Positions 57,832 to 60,133 of a DNA stretch of 60,133 nucleotides are shown piece by piece (positions within the stretch are counted from its first letter, which is position 1; every line of letters starts with the position of its first letter). Made by a program: the position numbers and the translations under genes. Origin of the DNA: a virus (lineage: Duplodnaviria > Caudoviricetes); the IMG/VR virus record IMGVR_UViG_3300013111_000391, positions 1 through 60,133 of that record; one strand, given 5' to 3'. The notes beneath the pieces were generated by a model. That model was not told where the DNA came from. It worked only from the letters and a program-made list of their open reading frames with translations, and made no database searches.

Positions 57832-58457
57832 GTGAGAAATTTGGACAAGATGTAGAAAATTACATCAATTCTAAATTACCAAATGTCACATGGATACGTG
57901 ATGAATTAGATGGTGTGAGATTGCAGTGGAATAAAATGCGAGTTATGAATATGGATATTGATGAACCGGTTGTTGTGATTGATATTGATTTAGAATTTAT
58001 AAATGATTATATGGATGCTATAAATTATCCAATAGAACGAGGTCAATTTCTTTCAGCAAAATCATGGTGGAGAGACACCGCAAAATCTGGACTTTCATAT
58101 TCTGTGAACGGTGGATTTTTTAAATATTATCCAAAAGATTGTAAATATATTTACGAAAAATTCATGAAAGACAAATTATATTGGCAGAGATTTTATATAG
58201 ATAATGGCACTACTGTAGGTCCAGTAAATGGTGAACAATATTTTGTAGAAGATTCGGTTAAGGAAAGGCTAGAATTAAAATTTTTACCAGAGACTTGGTT
58301 TACTAAAAGTGTGAAGAATCCGACAAAAGAGTGGTGGGCAAGAATGAATACATTATATCCAGGTGACTGGTTATATCTAGATGGTTATAACCCAGACATA
58401 AAAATAATACATCAAATGTTTGGTGGAAAATTTATCAATTTACCTACACGGTCCTGA
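57801..58457 (+). CDS. Glycosyltransferase-like protein (GT-A, DxD)
   Basis: IRIGEKF, WNK, IDID, NGG and GEQ motifs. Confidence 0.65.
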   Translation: MDTRVFAIRIGEKFGQDVENYINSKLPNVTWIRDELDGVRLQWNKMRVMNMDIDEPVVVIDIDLEFINDYMDAINYPIERGQFLSAKSWWRDTAKSGLSYSVNGGFFKYYPKDCKYIYEKFMKDKLYWQRFYIDNGTTVGPVNGEQYFVEDSVKERLELKFLPETWFTKSVKNPTKEWWARMNTLYPGDWLYLDGYNPDIKIIHQMFGGKFINLPTRS

Positions 58458-59583
58458 TTGCACCTGATGGAACATATGCAGTAAAATAGTGAGTTGTATT
58501 TGTTGTTATAGCACCAGATCCATATCGAGCCTTATAATATGTTCCAGATGTGGTTCCAATACCCTCACCCCAAACACCTTGTTCAGAACTATCTGTATAA
58601 ACAGTATCTAATAAAGTTCCTTGATTTCTGTCATAAGTATTGCTTGGCGCAGAAGTTTCAAATTTATATCTTGGAAACCCATAATCTCCAGAAACACCAT
58701 CAAAAGATGCACTTCTTTTCCATGCTGGTAAAAGTATATTAGTTATAATATATGCATAATCATTTGTGGCTATATCTACTTGTTCTAAATAATTATTACC
58801 AGAATTCCAAAGCATGAATTTTGATGTTTCAGAACCTCTTGGTGTTGCTTCATCAAATGATGAATTTTGTGTTCTGATGTATAATTTATTTGTTGCAACA
58901 ACTGATGAACCTCCACCGCCTGTGTCAGGACTACCTGTATCAAATGACATTATGGTGTTTTGATGAAACGTGCCTAAGTCAGTATAATCACCACCAGGAC
59001 TTGAAGTAGCGACTGATAAAAGTCCAACCCCATCATCATTCATCATATTATAATTTGCGTGAGCAATAATCGTATCAAGCAAATTGGCATCAATACCTTC
59101 TATTTGTAAAGCAGATGATGCGGTATCCCATTTAACATATGTGTTTACATTTCTAATTGTAGGAGTCGGTTCAGGGGGTGGAGTTGCATTTAACCACTCT
59201 TCATAATAAAATGATTGTCTGACGGATTCTGATGTATCGAAATCCGCCTCTGTAGGACCAGTAAAAGTATCATCATCATCTCCATAATTATCATGAGCAT
59301 TATTTGATTTAGACGTATAAACTGCATTTTTTCTTTTATCTGTAAGAGTTTGGATATAATTATAATCTGCACTAGATGCTGATCCACTACCTGCTCTATA
59401 CATTGCACCAAAACCGTTAGTTGCGGTTGCTGAACCATTTCTATCGGCATCTCCAGTATAAGTGGCGGATAAATCGGCGGCCCATGCTTTACGCAAATGA
59501 TAAGATAATAATTCAAGATCACTATCCGACATTTCTTTAAGATAACCTGATGAATCCCATCTTATCGGTCTATTTACTGCCAT
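58444..59583 (-). CDS. Probable virion structural protein
   Basis: 379 aa, rich in Ser/Thr/Gly/Asp, with internal W(D/N)...L(K/Q/E) repeats. Convergent with the island. Confidence 0.5.
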   Translation of the reverse strand: MAVNRPIRWDSSGYLKEMSDSDLELLSYHLRKAWAADLSATYTGDADRNGSATATNGFGAMYRAGSGSASSADYNYIQTLTDKRKNAVYTSKSNNAHDNYGDDDDTFTGPTEADFDTSESVRQSFYYEEWLNATPPPEPTPTIRNVNTYVKWDTASSALQIEGIDANLLDTIIAHANYNMMNDDGVGLLSVATSSPGGDYTDLGTFHQNTIMSFDTGSPDTGGGGSSVVATNKLYIRTQNSSFDEATPRGSETSKFMLWNSGNNYLEQVDIATNDYAYIITNILLPAWKRSASFDGVSGDYGFPRYKFETSAPSNTYDRNQGTLLDTVYTDSSEQGVWGEGIGTTSGTYYKARYGSGAITTNTTHYFTAYVPSGAIRTV

Positions 59584-59586
59584 TTT

Positions 59587-60126
59587 TTATTCTTCATTAA
59601 TTTTATTCGGTTCATTATCGAGAAGGGTTTGATAGGTCGCACACACTTCACAAATAGATTTTGATTTTCTTATTTTGGATCTTAATTCTCTGTTTTCAGA
59701 TTCTTGCACCACTTCTTGTTCAAAAATATCTAATTTAAATTTAAATAAATCTTCGGTAGTTGCTTCTGAAAGAAGTTCCCAAACACTCCTTGGTTCAACA
59801 TTTTCATTTTCTTGATTGAAATTTGAATTATCTTCAACTTCTTCATCGGGATCTTTATTCATTTTCCATTCTTCAAAAAGTCTTTGTTCTTCAGGATCAT
59901 AATGTTTTTTGAAAGCATCGTATCTTTTATTCTCTTCATCTAATTTAACCAAAAATCGTTCTGTCTCTCTACTAATCATTTCTACATCATTAAAAGGGGA
60001 TTTTAGAAAGGCTTCTGTTATTGGTGAAATGTGAATATTATCATTCTCATATGCTTCTTTTGAATTTCTATACTGAATAAGGTCTAAATGTAATTGTGTT
60101 CCATTAAACGATTCTAAATGTATCAT
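59587..60126 (-). CDS. Hypothetical acidic protein (may extend beyond the window)
   Basis: Frame is open to the window end. LFKFKL.IFE...V..S....RS.IRK motif. Confidence 0.6.
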   Translation of the reverse strand: MIHLESFNGTQLHLDLIQYRNSKEAYENDNIHISPITEAFLKSPFNDVEMISRETERFLVKLDEENKRYDAFKKHYDPEEQRLFEEWKMNKDPDEEVEDNSNFNQENENVEPRSVWELLSEATTEDLFKFKLDIFEQEVVQESENRELRSKIRKSKSICEVCATYQTLLDNEPNKINEE

Positions 60127-60133
60127 TGGATCG

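Noticed and set aside
10475-58457. Classical RiPP cluster with a precursor peptide
   Set aside because: I found no short leader-core ORF, RRE/PqqD domain, YcaO or transporter, and there is almost no intergenic space. The small Cys-rich ORFs are SPASM-like domains. A precursor outside the window cannot be excluded.
10475-58457. Integrative mobile element or bacterial contamination
   Set aside because: No integrase, transposase or att-like ends are visible. The island overlaps phage genes at both boundaries (10475-10488 and 58444-58457).
1-60133. Alternative genetic code or stop-codon reassignment
   Set aside because: The standard code gives dense, full-length, coupled ORFs using TAA, TAG and TGA stops, and no suppressor tRNA is present.

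Overview
This window comes from a very AT-rich T4-like (myovirus-type) dsDNA bacteriophage, probably aquatic. Bases 1-10.5 kb hold familiar T4-like content: a Gly-X-X Ser/Thr-repeat tail-fibre-like protein with a candidate cupredoxin domain, an S8 subtilase, four tRNAs (Arg-TCT, Thr-TGT, Asn-GTT, Pro-TGG), a SleB-like hydrolase, a glycosyltransferase, RNase H, an NTP-transferase, an FmdB protein and a PD-(D/E)xK exonuclease. This part also has sigma70-consensus promoters and a TATAAATA late promoter. From about 10,475 to 58,457 there is a ~48 kb, single-strand, almost gap-free enzyme island. It carries 21 radical SAM genes (CX3CX2C) in four architectures and 2 stand-alone SPASM-like genes. It also carries 2 amidinotransferases, a NodU/CmcH carbamoyltransferase, a PLP enzyme, 4 HxD..H dioxygenase-like proteins, a flavin halogenase, a nitroreductase, an adenylate-forming enzyme, a QueC-like PP-loop ATPase, a kinase-like protein, an SDR, 5 SGNH-like proteins, 5 glycosyltransferase-like proteins and a methyltransferase. 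The island ends convergently against two minus-strand genes, one probably structural. The island is the candidate undescribed system: a phage-encoded hypermodification or biosynthesis pathway whose substrate cannot be determined from sequence alone. All calls come from motif reading only; no database searches were run.
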